IMG/VR virus record: IMGVR_UViG_3300017655_000018
Span: 1-29,489 of that record
Origin: a virus
Taxonomy: Duplodnaviria > Caudoviricetes
Strand: one strand, 5' to 3'
DNA: 29,489 nucleotides
Shown: positions 1 through 8,713 of the stretch, one piece after another
Layout: each line of letters begins with the position of its first letter
Numbering within the stretch: the stretch's first letter is position 1
The notes under the pieces: generated by a model
Databases searched by the model: none
What the model saw: the letters and a program-made list of their open reading frames with translations, nothing else
Told to the model about the DNA's origin: nothing
Position numbers and translations under genes: made by a program

Positions 1-16
1 CGCGATGGATGAGCGA

Positions 17-349
17 CTAGCTCGAAGCCCGCTTCGCCTTCTCGGTGTCGATGAAAGCGTTCTGCTCATCCAGCGTGCCGGCGTTGAACAGCTCGGCGTC
101 TTCCTTGGTCAGCCTGTCGAGCACTTCGGCGCCGGCCGCGTCCATGACGGAATAGCTACCGCCGCCGCGATGCTTGGCCTCGAATGCCTTCGGCGGAGCC
201 GTGGGCTCAGCGGGCTTCGCCTTCTCGGCTTTCGGCCATGCAGTGAGGGCCCAGTCGTCGGGGTGCGTCTGCACGGTGCGCCGCGCATCGACGGCATCCA
301 TCTCCGCCGTCTCGCCGTTCTTCCGGTAAACTTTCGTCTTCTCGGGCAT
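17..349 (-). CDS. Hypothetical virion-module protein (110 aa)
   Basis: AGGAG RBS upstream of ATG; co-oriented directly after capsid genes. Confidence 0.7.
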   Translation of the reverse strand: MPEKTKVYRKNGETAEMDAVDARRTVQTHPDDWALTAWPKAEKAKPAEPTAPPKAFEAKHRGGGSYSVMDAAGAEVLDRLTKEDAELFNAGTLDEQNAFIDTEKAKRASS

Positions 350-389
350 TGTCCATCGTCTCCTGTTTGGTCAGGCCGGAGGGGAGCGC

Positions 390-821
390 TTAATAGCGCT
401 CCGCGATCCATGCCTTCAGCGTGATCGTTTCGCTCGTGCCGTCGGTCACGACATACAGGCGGATCCAGTCATAGACCGTATCGTGCTGTTCCGTCGTGAA
501 CGGGATTTCGTAGCGACCGATGACCGAGTCGACGGCGCCGCCCTTGCGGACTTCCGTCGCGCCGAGATCCAGCGAAACCAGCGTTTCGACCGTCGAAAAA
601 GCGTCGGACGTCGCCCCCTGGAGCAGCAGCGTATAGATCTCGTCGTTGGCCGAAATCTTGATGGCGGACACATCGACGATCAGCACCGCCTCGAAGCGGC
701 CGGGACCGACCTTCTTTGTCGCAGCCGCACCGCCGACCTGAGTGACGCCAGACGCGGTAATCGCTGCGGCGCCATCGGCAAGGACGAGTTCCTTGTCCTG
801 ATTGTAAACCCTCTGACCCAT
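390..821 (-). CDS. Capsid cement/decoration protein, Bbp16-like
   Basis: 143 aa, beta-rich, immediately after MCP; DKELVLADG...TAS and WIRLYVV resemble recalled BPP-1 cement protein; AGGAG RBS. Confidence 0.65.
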   Translation of the reverse strand: MGQRVYNQDKELVLADGAAAITASGVTQVGGAAATKKVGPGRFEAVLIVDVSAIKISANDEIYTLLLQGATSDAFSTVETLVSLDLGATEVRKGGAVDSVIGRYEIPFTTEQHDTVYDWIRLYVVTDGTSETITLKAWIAERY

Positions 822-843
822 CGGTCTGATCTCCTGTTGAGAA

Positions 844-865
844 AGACCCGCGCTGGCGCGGGTCT
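844..865 (-). terminator. Hairpin after MCP (weak terminator or mRNA stabiliser)
   Basis: AGACCCGCG-N4-CGCGGGTCT followed by TTCTC on minus strand. Confidence 0.5.
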
Positions 866-872
866 GATTTCG

Positions 873-1817
873 TCACTTGGTGAAGGCGGCGTCGGTGATC
901 GACGTCAGACGGGTGACGCAGTAGTCGGTCTCGTCGACAAGACCGACGTCCCAGGAGACGTTGGTGTTGTAGAAGATGCCGTCTTCCTTCGACAGGCCCA
1001 TGTCCGTGGCTTCCATGTTCTTGAGCTGGATGCCGTGCAGGCCGTCTGCGGCGAAGTTCGCCACGAACAGCGACGTCGTGACGGCGGAGCCGCCGCCCTG
1101 CGCAACCTCGTTGAACGGAAGGATGACGCCGTGGCGATCCTTCTGGTAGCCGAAGAGGATCCGCTTGCCAGCATAGGTGATCTTCGGCGTGCCGACCTCA
1201 TCCCACGACTGGATGACGAAGCCAGAAATCGTGGTGTCGCGCGCCGCCTGGATGAACCGCGGAAGCAGGTTCAGCGAAGCGATGATGACGTTCGCGTTTC
1301 GGGTGTTCTGGATCGCCTTGTCGAGCTCATAGAGCGAGAGCGCGGCGCCGCCGGAAGCGACCGAATTGTGCAGGAGACGACCGTTGGCCGCCGTGCAGCG
1401 CTTCTTCAGGCCGTTGAATTCCTTCGCGTTGGACGTGTTGTCGCCGGCGAGGAACGTGTCGGTGAAGAGCTTGGCCTGCGACTTCATCTGCATCGCTTCT
1501 TCGCGGGCGCGGCGCTCCATGCCGTGGCGGAGAACGATGGCCTTGTCGACCGACAGCTTGACGTCGATCGGGAAGCTCGTTTCCTGGAACGGCGCGATCT
1601 TGCCCTTCGACTCGCTGCCCGGCTCGTTGATCGCGCGGAAGGCGGACGTGCCGATGTCGGTTTCGCGATAGCCTTCGTACGCCGCGCCGGAGAAGCCGGA
1701 GAACGGAAGGTGCTGGAGAATGTCCGATTCAGCGGCGAAGGTCTCGATCAGCGGACGCTCGATCGAGGTCTTTTCGAGGCCCTTCGCGTATTCGGGGAGC
1801 GTCATCACTTCAGGCAT
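873..1817 (-). CDS. Major capsid protein (Bbp17-like)
   Basis: 314 aa, strong AAGGAG RBS, highly biased codons, motifs SDILQHLPF, FRAINE, GDN...EFNGL; follows scaffold. Confidence 0.85.
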   Translation of the reverse strand: MPEVMTLPEYAKGLEKTSIERPLIETFAAESDILQHLPFSGFSGAAYEGYRETDIGTSAFRAINEPGSESKGKIAPFQETSFPIDVKLSVDKAIVLRHGMERRAREEAMQMKSQAKLFTDTFLAGDNTSNAKEFNGLKKRCTAANGRLLHNSVASGGAALSLYELDKAIQNTRNANVIIASLNLLPRFIQAARDTTISGFVIQSWDEVGTPKITYAGKRILFGYQKDRHGVILPFNEVAQGGGSAVTTSLFVANFAADGLHGIQLKNMEATDMGLSKEDGIFYNTNVSWDVGLVDETDYCVTRLTSITDAAFTK

Positions 1818-1829
1818 TGCAGGTCTCCT

Positions 1830-2726
1830 TTAGGCCGTGGGCAAGCCGCGGGCGTAGTTGATGCGTTGGACCGGAGACAGCTTGTCGTACTCCTCGTCCG
1901 AGATTTCAGTCTTTCCGGCTTCGCGACCTGCGCCCGGATTGCCCGGGACAGCACCCCTGTTGAGGCGCATCAGCGCCTCGAATGCTTCGATGGTTTTCGC
2001 CGTGAACATCATGCCGGTCAGCGCTTCCGCCTGATCGGCCGGCAGCTTGGCGGCGATCCACGTTTTCACGGCGCCAACGCGCTCGGCACCCTTGGCACCG
2101 AGAAGTTCGACCTGCTGCTTCACCGCGTCGTTGATGCGGCCTTGCTCGGCAAGATCGAGCTGGACGCCCATGGCGAGCATCCCCTCGAACTGAGCCTGGC
2201 TCATCTGGTTGGCGTGGGCGAAATCCCGGGCGGCCGCGATGCGCGGATCATCCGGGTTGAGCGCGCTTTCGCCGTCGGGAATCTCGACGCCATCCGGCAG
2301 CTTGAAATCGTGAGGAAGCTTGGCCTCGTACTTGTCGGCCGCTTCCGGCACCTGAGCGAGGCGCGCGGCGTTCTCGGCGTCACGGGCGACGAGCGCCTGA
2401 AAGTCCTCGGACTTGAAGCCCTTCTCGCCGTCCCACCAGTTTTCCGGGATATAGTCGGGGCGAGCGACCTTATCGGCTTCCGCTTTGCCCTGTCCGCCGT
2501 CTCCACCGGACTTGTCGGCGCCGGCATCGGCGGCAGCAGATCCGGCGTCGCCGCCCTCACCACCACCGCCGGCCGCCGCATCCGGGGCGCTCAGCATGAT
2601 ACGCGGGCCGATGGAAGAGGCAAACGCAAAAGCGCCCGGGCTACCGGCTAGCAGGGCCGCGCCGTAGCGTTTTTCGGGGTGCCGTTCTCGATCCATTTCG
2701 CCGCTCAAGTTGTTCTTCGGGTCCAT
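1830..2726 (-). CDS. Capsid scaffolding/assembly protein (start uncertain: 2726 or 2597)
   Basis: Gly/Ala/Asp-rich N-region, RPDYIPE, helical body, position between portal and MCP. Confidence 0.7.
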   Translation of the reverse strand: MDPKNNLSGEMDRERHPEKRYGAALLAGSPGAFAFASSIGPRIMLSAPDAAAGGGGEGGDAGSAAADAGADKSGGDGGQGKAEADKVARPDYIPENWWDGEKGFKSEDFQALVARDAENAARLAQVPEAADKYEAKLPHDFKLPDGVEIPDGESALNPDDPRIAAARDFAHANQMSQAQFEGMLAMGVQLDLAEQGRINDAVKQQVELLGAKGAERVGAVKTWIAAKLPADQAEALTGMMFTAKTIEAFEALMRLNRGAVPGNPGAGREAGKTEISDEEYDKLSPVQRINYARGLPTA

Positions 2727-2928
2727 CGCGCTTTTCCGTCTCTGCCATCGCAATCAGATTGGCCGCAAATTTGCGGCGCTCGTCATGTCGGTGCAAAGCA
2801 CAGGTGTCGAGCGGGCCGGTTTCCATCAGAACGGAACGGAGGAAGGCGAAGAACGGGACGCTTTCCGGCTGGCGAGAGAACCAGCGCACGGCATGCTCGA
2901 GGGCTTCGTCGTTGAGCTTCACCGTCAT
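2641..2928 (-). CDS. Small head-module protein (Bbp19-like position), 95 aa
   Basis: ATG overlaps portal stop (ATGA coupling); MTVKLNDEALEH... Confidence 0.6.
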   Translation of the reverse strand: MTVKLNDEALEHAVRWFSRQPESVPFFAFLRSVLMETGPLDTCALHRHDERRKFAANLIAMAETEKRDGPEEQLERRNGSRTAPRKTLRRGPASR

Positions 2929-4523
2929 TGAGCACCGCCCGGCACGACACCAGCATCTTGCGCCGCGCCAAGCACGGTCTGCAGGAGTTCGGTGGTCTGC
3001 TGCTGATCGCGCAAGACGACAACCTCGTCCTTGGTCAGCTTCTTGAGGTTTTCGATTGTGGCGCGCTCGTCGATGGCTGCAGCGGCCGTCTCCGGGAAAT
3101 AGCTCTTGGCGAGGCCGAGGACCTGCACGCCGACCTGGACCTTCTGGTTGTCGGCCGCCTGCGTCGCGGGATTGTTCGGGACCAGCGTCAGCTTTCGACC
3201 GTTGATCTCGACGGGCGAAATCTTGCCGTCCTTTTCGAGCAGCCACTCGAAGCGCCGATAGATCGCATAGGGACCTTCGCGCCAGAACTTCTTGCCCGGC
3301 GTGCCGATACGGCGCTGGGCCTTGACCATCTCGTCAACCCACTGCGTCGCGGTCGGCGGGGTGTCGCCCTTCTGCTCGGGATAGTCCGCGAAATGCTTCC
3401 GGCGGATGCGGCGTTCGAGATCGGTCGCGGCATAGAAACCGAGATCGGGGTCGCCCTCGAAATAGAGCTTGGCGATATCCCGCCCGGATCCGGGCCGCAT
3501 CGGGTAGGCCTTGCCTGCCTCAAGCCCGTTCTCGAAATCGAGGACACCATCATCGGGATATCCGATCGGCGGCGCGATGGCGATGTCGACGCGATCCTGT
3601 GTCGCCGCCGTGATGACGTCGAGGACGCGGTACTCCTGCAGCGACTTGATCGACGGGCCGAAGCCCCACGAGAACTGGCTGTCCGGCGACATGCGCGCGA
3701 TGATCAGCGGCAGGCATCCCTCGCCATCAAGAATCTGCTGATGCACGGCGATCTTGTCTACGAGGAGAACGTGGATCCACTTGTCGTTTTCCGGGTCCGA
3801 CCAGTCACGCCAGAAGCACCACACCACTTCGATGGTGCAATTCTTGTTGTCGCGGACCTTGCGCGCAACCGTCTCCGGCAGCGGGACGCCCGGGATGACG
3901 GACTTCAGCTTCGAGCCCTTCACCCACCGGACGCGGAAGCGATCTCCGACGGAGCCATCGGCCTCGACGTTGAATTCAAGCTCGCTGGCCGGGACATGCT
4001 GCACGCTGACCGGGCGAGTGTTGAACGGGCGTTCGATCCACCAGGCCACCGTGCCGACGGCGAGATGGGGATCGAGCACCGTGCCGAGCTCGGACTCGAA
4101 GTTCGACGCCCGGATCGCGGCGAAGATGATCTTGCTACGCTCGGCCGCATCGGCCTTGAGATCGGCGACTTCTTCGGGCTTCAATTCCGTGAGTTCGGAT
4201 TCATCCAGCGCGGACTCCACCCAGTCGGTGCCCTGCGGGAAGAATGCTGCCGTCGCCTCGGTCGCGAAATCCTCGGAAACCTCGGAACCGATGCCGGTCG
4301 CGAGATCGTCGCCCTGATCGTCGCGACGGTTCGGGCGCCGCGCCGTAGACGAGACCTGATAGGACAACCGCGGCCGCGTGAAGAAATAGGCTTCCTGCAG
4401 GTCCTTCTCGGCTTCCGTCTTCTGGGCCCGGGCATCCTTCAGGCGAGCGCACGCATCTTCGCCCAGTCCCTTCATATCGGGGCCGGGCGGCGGTGCTTTC
4501 GCGACTGTCGGCTTTTTTGCCAT
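2925..4523 (-). CDS. Portal / head-tail connector (podoviral type)
   Basis: 532 aa; WGFGPS, TPPTATQW motifs typical of T7/BPP-1-type connectors; position after TerL. Confidence 0.88.
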   Translation of the reverse strand: MAKKPTVAKAPPPGPDMKGLGEDACARLKDARAQKTEAEKDLQEAYFFTRPRLSYQVSSTARRPNRRDDQGDDLATGIGSEVSEDFATEATAAFFPQGTDWVESALDESELTELKPEEVADLKADAAERSKIIFAAIRASNFESELGTVLDPHLAVGTVAWWIERPFNTRPVSVQHVPASELEFNVEADGSVGDRFRVRWVKGSKLKSVIPGVPLPETVARKVRDNKNCTIEVVWCFWRDWSDPENDKWIHVLLVDKIAVHQQILDGEGCLPLIIARMSPDSQFSWGFGPSIKSLQEYRVLDVITAATQDRVDIAIAPPIGYPDDGVLDFENGLEAGKAYPMRPGSGRDIAKLYFEGDPDLGFYAATDLERRIRRKHFADYPEQKGDTPPTATQWVDEMVKAQRRIGTPGKKFWREGPYAIYRRFEWLLEKDGKISPVEINGRKLTLVPNNPATQAADNQKVQVGVQVLGLAKSYFPETAAAAIDERATIENLKKLTKDEVVVLRDQQQTTELLQTVLGAAQDAGVVPGGAQ

Positions 4524-4530
4524 TCCGGCC

Positions 4531-4713
4531 TCACATCGGGCGGATCAGGCTGGACGTATTGCCCGGAAGCAGCGCGCGCCGGCTGCCAAAGTATCGAAGC
4601 GATGCATCGGTCTCCGTCGTCAGACGCTGCTGGATCGCGTTCGTTTTCTCCGTCGCCGCGGCCAACTTCTGCCGTTCGAGCTCAGGGTCTTTTTCCATCT
4701 TCGGAGTTTTCAT
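4531..4713 (-). CDS. Small basic protein preceding portal
   Basis: 60 aa MKTPKMEKDPEL..., typical slot in this phage type. Confidence 0.6.
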   Translation of the reverse strand: MKTPKMEKDPELERQKLAAATEKTNAIQQRLTTETDASLRYFGSRRALLPGNTSSLIRPM

Positions 4714-5158
4714 CTCGCCGCCCTTCAGAGCCGATCAATTCGCCGCCTTTGGCGAGAATTTGCCGGTAAAGGGTGTCCGGTCGCAAAGCACAGGTCCGCA
4801 GGCCGATGATGTGGGCGACGGCCGGCACGCACCAGAAGCCGGGCCGGAAGACAAACCCGGAGGCGTCGGCGAGAAGGCGCGGGAACCGGATCACCGGCCC
4901 GCACATCGAGTAATAGGCGATCGCCATGTCTGCCTCCCAGTCACCGACGACGATGACGTGGGCGCGGTCTGAATGGAGATCGTAGAAGACCCAGGAGCCG
5001 GAACGCGGTACCTTGCCGAAGACGCTGACGTGCTTGAAGCGGCCCCACGCAAGCAGGTTCACCCACCACTTGTCGCTCTTGTCGTGAAAGACCACGAACC
5101 ATTCCGCCGGTTCGCATTCCGCCAGCGGAAGCCGGCTGTTGAGATCGTCAGAATCCAC
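4682..5158 (-). CDS. Putative permuted papain-like (His-before-Cys) hydrolase; GTG start
   Basis: GAGG RBS and GTG at 5158; motifs FKHVSVF...WVFYD...FWCVPAVAHIIG...LRPDTLY. Confidence 0.55.
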   Translation of the reverse strand: MDSDDLNSRLPLAECEPAEWFVVFHDKSDKWWVNLLAWGRFKHVSVFGKVPRSGSWVFYDLHSDRAHVIVVGDWEADMAIAYYSMCGPVIRFPRLLADASGFVFRPGFWCVPAVAHIIGLRTCALRPDTLYRQILAKGGELIGSEGRRDENSEDGKRP

Positions 5159-6743
5159 CGCGTCGCCTCGATTTCTTGTGAACCTTGATGTCGACCGGAC
5201 CCCTTTTTCCGGCACGGTCCCGCCCAACGACGACCCGGCCCTCGCCGGCGCCGAGCACCATGTACTGACAGGCGTCCGCGATGTCGGAATACCGATCCTT
5301 GAACGGCTTTTCCTCGTGCCGGGCGGTGCCTTTGATGCGTTTGAAGTGATAGCCGCCGGCGCACGCCACTTTCAGCGTCCGGCAGTGGGTGCCGCAAACC
5401 AGAAAGCGCGGAAGGCCGTTCACCATGGTGATCATGGCGTATTCGACGGCTTCGATGCGGGTCTGGATGTGGTTGTTCTTCACCGGCGCCGGCGTGACGG
5501 GCATGCCGAAGGACCGGAAAATGTCATAGGCCGTGTTCTCGTCGGCCTGCGTGCCGTCCTCACCCTTCGGATCGCCGAAGAATTCGACGGAGAAACCTCC
5601 CGGATCGCCCTTGCTGGAGGCGAGATGCCAGTCGCCGAGGCGCTGATCCAGCAACTGCTTCACCAGCGGGGCGAAGATCGACGCGCCGACGCCACTCGCC
5701 GCGCGCTCGGCGAAGATCAGCCAGCGATTGTTGACGAGTTGCCCGACGACGCAGGCCGGATTGCGGCCGAAATCGAGGCCGACATAGACCGGCCAACCCG
5801 GGATCGGTTCGAGCGGCGTCTTCGAGACATGGGAATCCTCGTTGAACTGCTCCCAGACCGGCTTGCCGTCGACATAGACCGTGATCTTGTTGAGGACGCG
5901 GGAATCGATCCACTTCTTCGCCTTGCCCTTGATCTTCTCCGCGTAATAGCCGGGCTTCAGCCACTTCGTGTTTTCGGCGCGCGGGTTCATCTTGTACCCG
6001 ATCAGCGTGCCGCCGCCGTCCTTCACCTCCAGCATCGCCGGCGGCTGGACGTGATAACCCCAGTTGTCGGGCTTCTGGTAGGCAAGCCGCTCCTCCTCCG
6101 TCCAATCGTCGGGAAGCGGCACCTCGCCCATCATCAACGGAATGAAGTGGTCCTCGCGCGGCGCGTTCATGTCGGCGATCACGCCGTCCCACGTCGCCCC
6201 GCCGTCCTTCACCGCCGGATATCGACCGGTTCGGCTTTCCGCTTCGTCGACGATGGCCTTCTCGATGAATTCGAGCTCGTTGAACCAGATGCCGGTGAAC
6301 TCGAACGACCGCAGCTTGCGGATATCGTCTTCGCTGTCGAGCGCGAGGAAGATCACCTCCATCTCGACGTCGCCGAGCCGAATGACGTGCCGGAAGGGCC
6401 GGTCCCAGTAGAACCGGCCGTACATGTCTTCCGGGAACCAGTCGAGCCACGACTTCACCGTCGTGTTCTTCAGGTCGGGGAAGGTGTTGCGGCAGACCGC
6501 CCAGCGCGTCTTGCGGACACTATCCGCGTTGGGCGCCTGCTCGTTCGAGATCATCCACATCTTCATGATGCAGGCAGTCGACGTGCCGGAGCCGATCGAC
6601 CCGCGGATGATCGAGACGTGCTTCCGGCATTCGAGGAAATCGCGCAGGACCTGGCCATCGGGCTCGTAGATCTTCCGGCCCTCGCCGTCAAATTCGACTT
6701 GCGGCAGTTCCGCCGGGCGCTCGGGCTCTTCAATCCTGAGCAT
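5148..6743 (-). CDS. terL: Terminase large subunit
   Basis: Walker A-like RGSIGSGTS, Walker B IWFNE, DMNAP motif, nuclease GLDFG and SDIADACQY. Confidence 0.93.
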   Translation of the reverse strand: MLRIEEPERPAELPQVEFDGEGRKIYEPDGQVLRDFLECRKHVSIIRGSIGSGTSTACIMKMWMISNEQAPNADSVRKTRWAVCRNTFPDLKNTTVKSWLDWFPEDMYGRFYWDRPFRHVIRLGDVEMEVIFLALDSEDDIRKLRSFEFTGIWFNELEFIEKAIVDEAESRTGRYPAVKDGGATWDGVIADMNAPREDHFIPLMMGEVPLPDDWTEEERLAYQKPDNWGYHVQPPAMLEVKDGGGTLIGYKMNPRAENTKWLKPGYYAEKIKGKAKKWIDSRVLNKITVYVDGKPVWEQFNEDSHVSKTPLEPIPGWPVYVGLDFGRNPACVVGQLVNNRWLIFAERAASGVGASIFAPLVKQLLDQRLGDWHLASSKGDPGGFSVEFFGDPKGEDGTQADENTAYDIFRSFGMPVTPAPVKNNHIQTRIEAVEYAMITMVNGLPRFLVCGTHCRTLKVACAGGYHFKRIKGTARHEEKPFKDRYSDIADACQYMVLGAGEGRVVVGRDRAGKRGPVDIKVHKKSRRRGGF

Positions 6744-6918
6744 CAGCCGGCCTTTCGACGCGCAGCGGACGCGATGGCGCTCGGACGCGATGGCGCTCGC
6801 GCAACCGGATAAATCCGCAGGGATGCTGAAACTCAGGTTCGGCCTCGATCTGCATCGAGATCAGCGGAGCCTCATCGCCGTGATACGGAACATCGTCCCA
6901 CCAAGCACGCCCGGTCAT
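6730..6918 (-). CDS. Hypothetical protein (62 aa)
   Basis: ATGA coupling upstream and overlap with terL start. Confidence 0.5.
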   Translation of the reverse strand: MTGRAWWDDVPYHGDEAPLISMQIEAEPEFQHPCGFIRLRERHRVRAPSRPLRVERPADAQD

Positions 6919-7157
6919 CCGTCGATCTCCGAATAAATCTGCCCGGCGAGCGTCAGGCCGCCACGCATGGCCCCTATCCGCCGCTCGGCATCGTCGAAGT
7001 CATAGGCGAAGAACCGGATCGAGAAGGTCGAGCCATCATGTTCGAAATCGGCGAGGAAGGTAAACATCGGCCGACCGTACTGGTCGACGGTCCGAAACTC
7101 GGCGTCAGGGCCGGTTCTGCGGTCGCGCTCGGCGTCGAGGGAAATGACGTCGGGCAT
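6915..7157 (-). CDS. Hypothetical protein (80 aa, MPDVISLD...)
   Basis: TGATG coupling with upstream gene. Confidence 0.65.
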   Translation of the reverse strand: MPDVISLDAERDRRTGPDAEFRTVDQYGRPMFTFLADFEHDGSTFSIRFFAYDFDDAERRIGAMRGGLTLAGQIYSEIDG

Positions 7158-7369
7158 CACGCCACCAGCGCCCAGATCAGCCATGCGATGAGGCAGATGA
7201 TGGTCAGAGCGCCAATGACCAGTAGGTCGAGGAGCCCTGAAACAGCACGAACGCCAATGTCGGATCCTGCATCGCTGAGAAAACCTCGCCACACGATCAG
7301 AAACAAGATCGAGCACGCCGACAGAAAAGCCGGAACCAACCACCACCCGAATTCAACCGTTAAAGCCAT
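7157..7369 (-). CDS. Small two-TM membrane protein (70 aa)
   Basis: GGAG RBS; two hydrophobic segments. Confidence 0.6.
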   Translation of the reverse strand: MALTVEFGWWLVPAFLSACSILFLIVWRGFLSDAGSDIGVRAVSGLLDLLVIGALTIICLIAWLIWALVA

Positions 7370-7432
7370 CTCGCATCTCCATCGCTTGAGATGCACGCAT
7401 CATCGGCGGCGGGGAGAGTGGCGGCAAAGCAC

Positions 7433-7675
7433 TCAGCTAACGCCGAGCCGGATCACCCAGTACAGGAAGGCGATAGCGGCGATGACGTGGAACGGCGTCA
7501 GATCGAGAACGCGATCCAACATTCGCCGCCACCAGCGCGGCAGGACATCAATTGCCCCGTCGGCCGCCGGGCGCCAGAAATACCCGGTGGGCACGATGAT
7601 CCGCACCGGCGTACCGGCAGGAACCGAGATATTCGACAGATCATTCCGTCCCCTGCACAAATATGTCGTAACCAT
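7433..7675 (-). CDS. Small protein with C-terminal TM segment (80 aa)
   Basis: GGAGAG RBS before ATG 7675; HVIAAIAFLYWVI. Confidence 0.55.
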   Translation of the reverse strand: MVTTYLCRGRNDLSNISVPAGTPVRIIVPTGYFWRPAADGAIDVLPRWWRRMLDRVLDLTPFHVIAAIAFLYWVIRLGVS

Positions 7676-7836
7676 TGCTGCTCTCCGTAAGGTGAAAAAA
7701 ATTCTGATCCTCAGACCGTCAAAGTGATGCGACTTGTGTGTGAGGGTGGAACTGGAAACTTCGCGGCCAATTTTGCCCCCACCCCCGCCTCCGAGGCCTC
7801 GAAATCGAGAACGAACCCGGTACGGGGGCGCGTTCC

Positions 7837-8388
7837 TCAATCCTCATCGGGAACGCCTTCCAATGTTTCTAAGGCGATAACCTCATCCTGCTCCAGATGG
7901 TCTATCTGTGGTGCGCTCTTCACGTCGTCGCGCCGGTCGATCTTGATCACGTAGCCGGGTGTGACGTTCACCGTGTTGTTGATCTGGGTGTTATTGATCA
8001 CGGTGGCGCCGACCTGGTGCACGCCCCGGTCCATCCCGTCGATGTACTTGGCGGCGTCGAGCTGGACGCGCTCACTCTCGGCCTTGTCTCGCAGCTCGAC
8101 CACCTTCAATAGCGAGCGAGGGCGTTCGCTTGTCCTCAACACCTCCATGCACTGATTGAGGAAGGCAAGGACATGCGGCTTGAGGAGCATCTGACGGAGG
8201 CTTTCGTCCGACATCCCAACTGCTTCGGCGGCTTGTCTCCGAAGCTTGCCTTCGAAGACCATTGCCTCGATGGCCGCCTTCGTCTTGGGGCCGACGACGA
8301 TCTCTTTTTTTTCTTTTCGGAAGGATGCCGCCGCTTTCTGCGCTCGGTGTGCGACCGACTGAGCGGTCTGCTTGCTGGGGAAGGCCAT
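7837..8388 (-). CDS. Probable terminase small subunit (HTH)
   Basis: 183 aa from MAFPSK; HTH RRQAAEAVGMSDESLRQ; SERVQLDAAKYI; first gene of late operon. Confidence 0.6.
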   Translation of the reverse strand: MAFPSKQTAQSVAHRAQKAAASFRKEKKEIVVGPKTKAAIEAMVFEGKLRRQAAEAVGMSDESLRQMLLKPHVLAFLNQCMEVLRTSERPRSLLKVVELRDKAESERVQLDAAKYIDGMDRGVHQVGATVINNTQINNTVNVTPGYVIKIDRRDDVKSAPQIDHLEQDEVIALETLEGVPDED

Positions 8389-8606
8389 CGCTTGCTCTTC
8401 TTGACCGGTTGCACCTGCGGCCCGCGCCGCTCGCTGCCTTGGTCGGCGCTCGCTTCGCTCTGGTGAGGGAGAGGTTGGAGCGAGGGGAAGAGGGGGTGAG
8501 CCGCGCGATGGGTAGCACCTGTGGATAAGGGTACGCAAAGCACAGGGGAATTTCGCAATGAAATCAATGAGGCTCGTTCATCTTCGGAGGTGGTCTCAAA
8601 AAGAGA

Positions 8607-8692
8607 GGGGTGGTTAATACCCCTTGGGCCTATTTCGTGTGCGCATTGATGGGGTGGTTAATGGCTGATATGATGGCAATTCGGGGTGGTTA
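8607..8692. repeat. Three direct repeats GGGGTGGTTA
   Basis: Exact copies at 8607, 8651, 8683 in divergent intergenic region. Confidence 0.85.
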
Positions 8693-8713
8693 GCGCCCCA
8701 TGATTCCGATGGA

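Noticed and set aside
483-2651. 722-aa plus-strand ORF (also 2928-4769 and 5139-6812)
   Set aside because: Antisense shadows of GC-rich, codon-biased structural genes; no motifs or RBS
8587-8699. Repeats considered as a mini-CRISPR array
   Set aside because: Repeats are only 10-12 bp with unequal spacing and there are no cas genes
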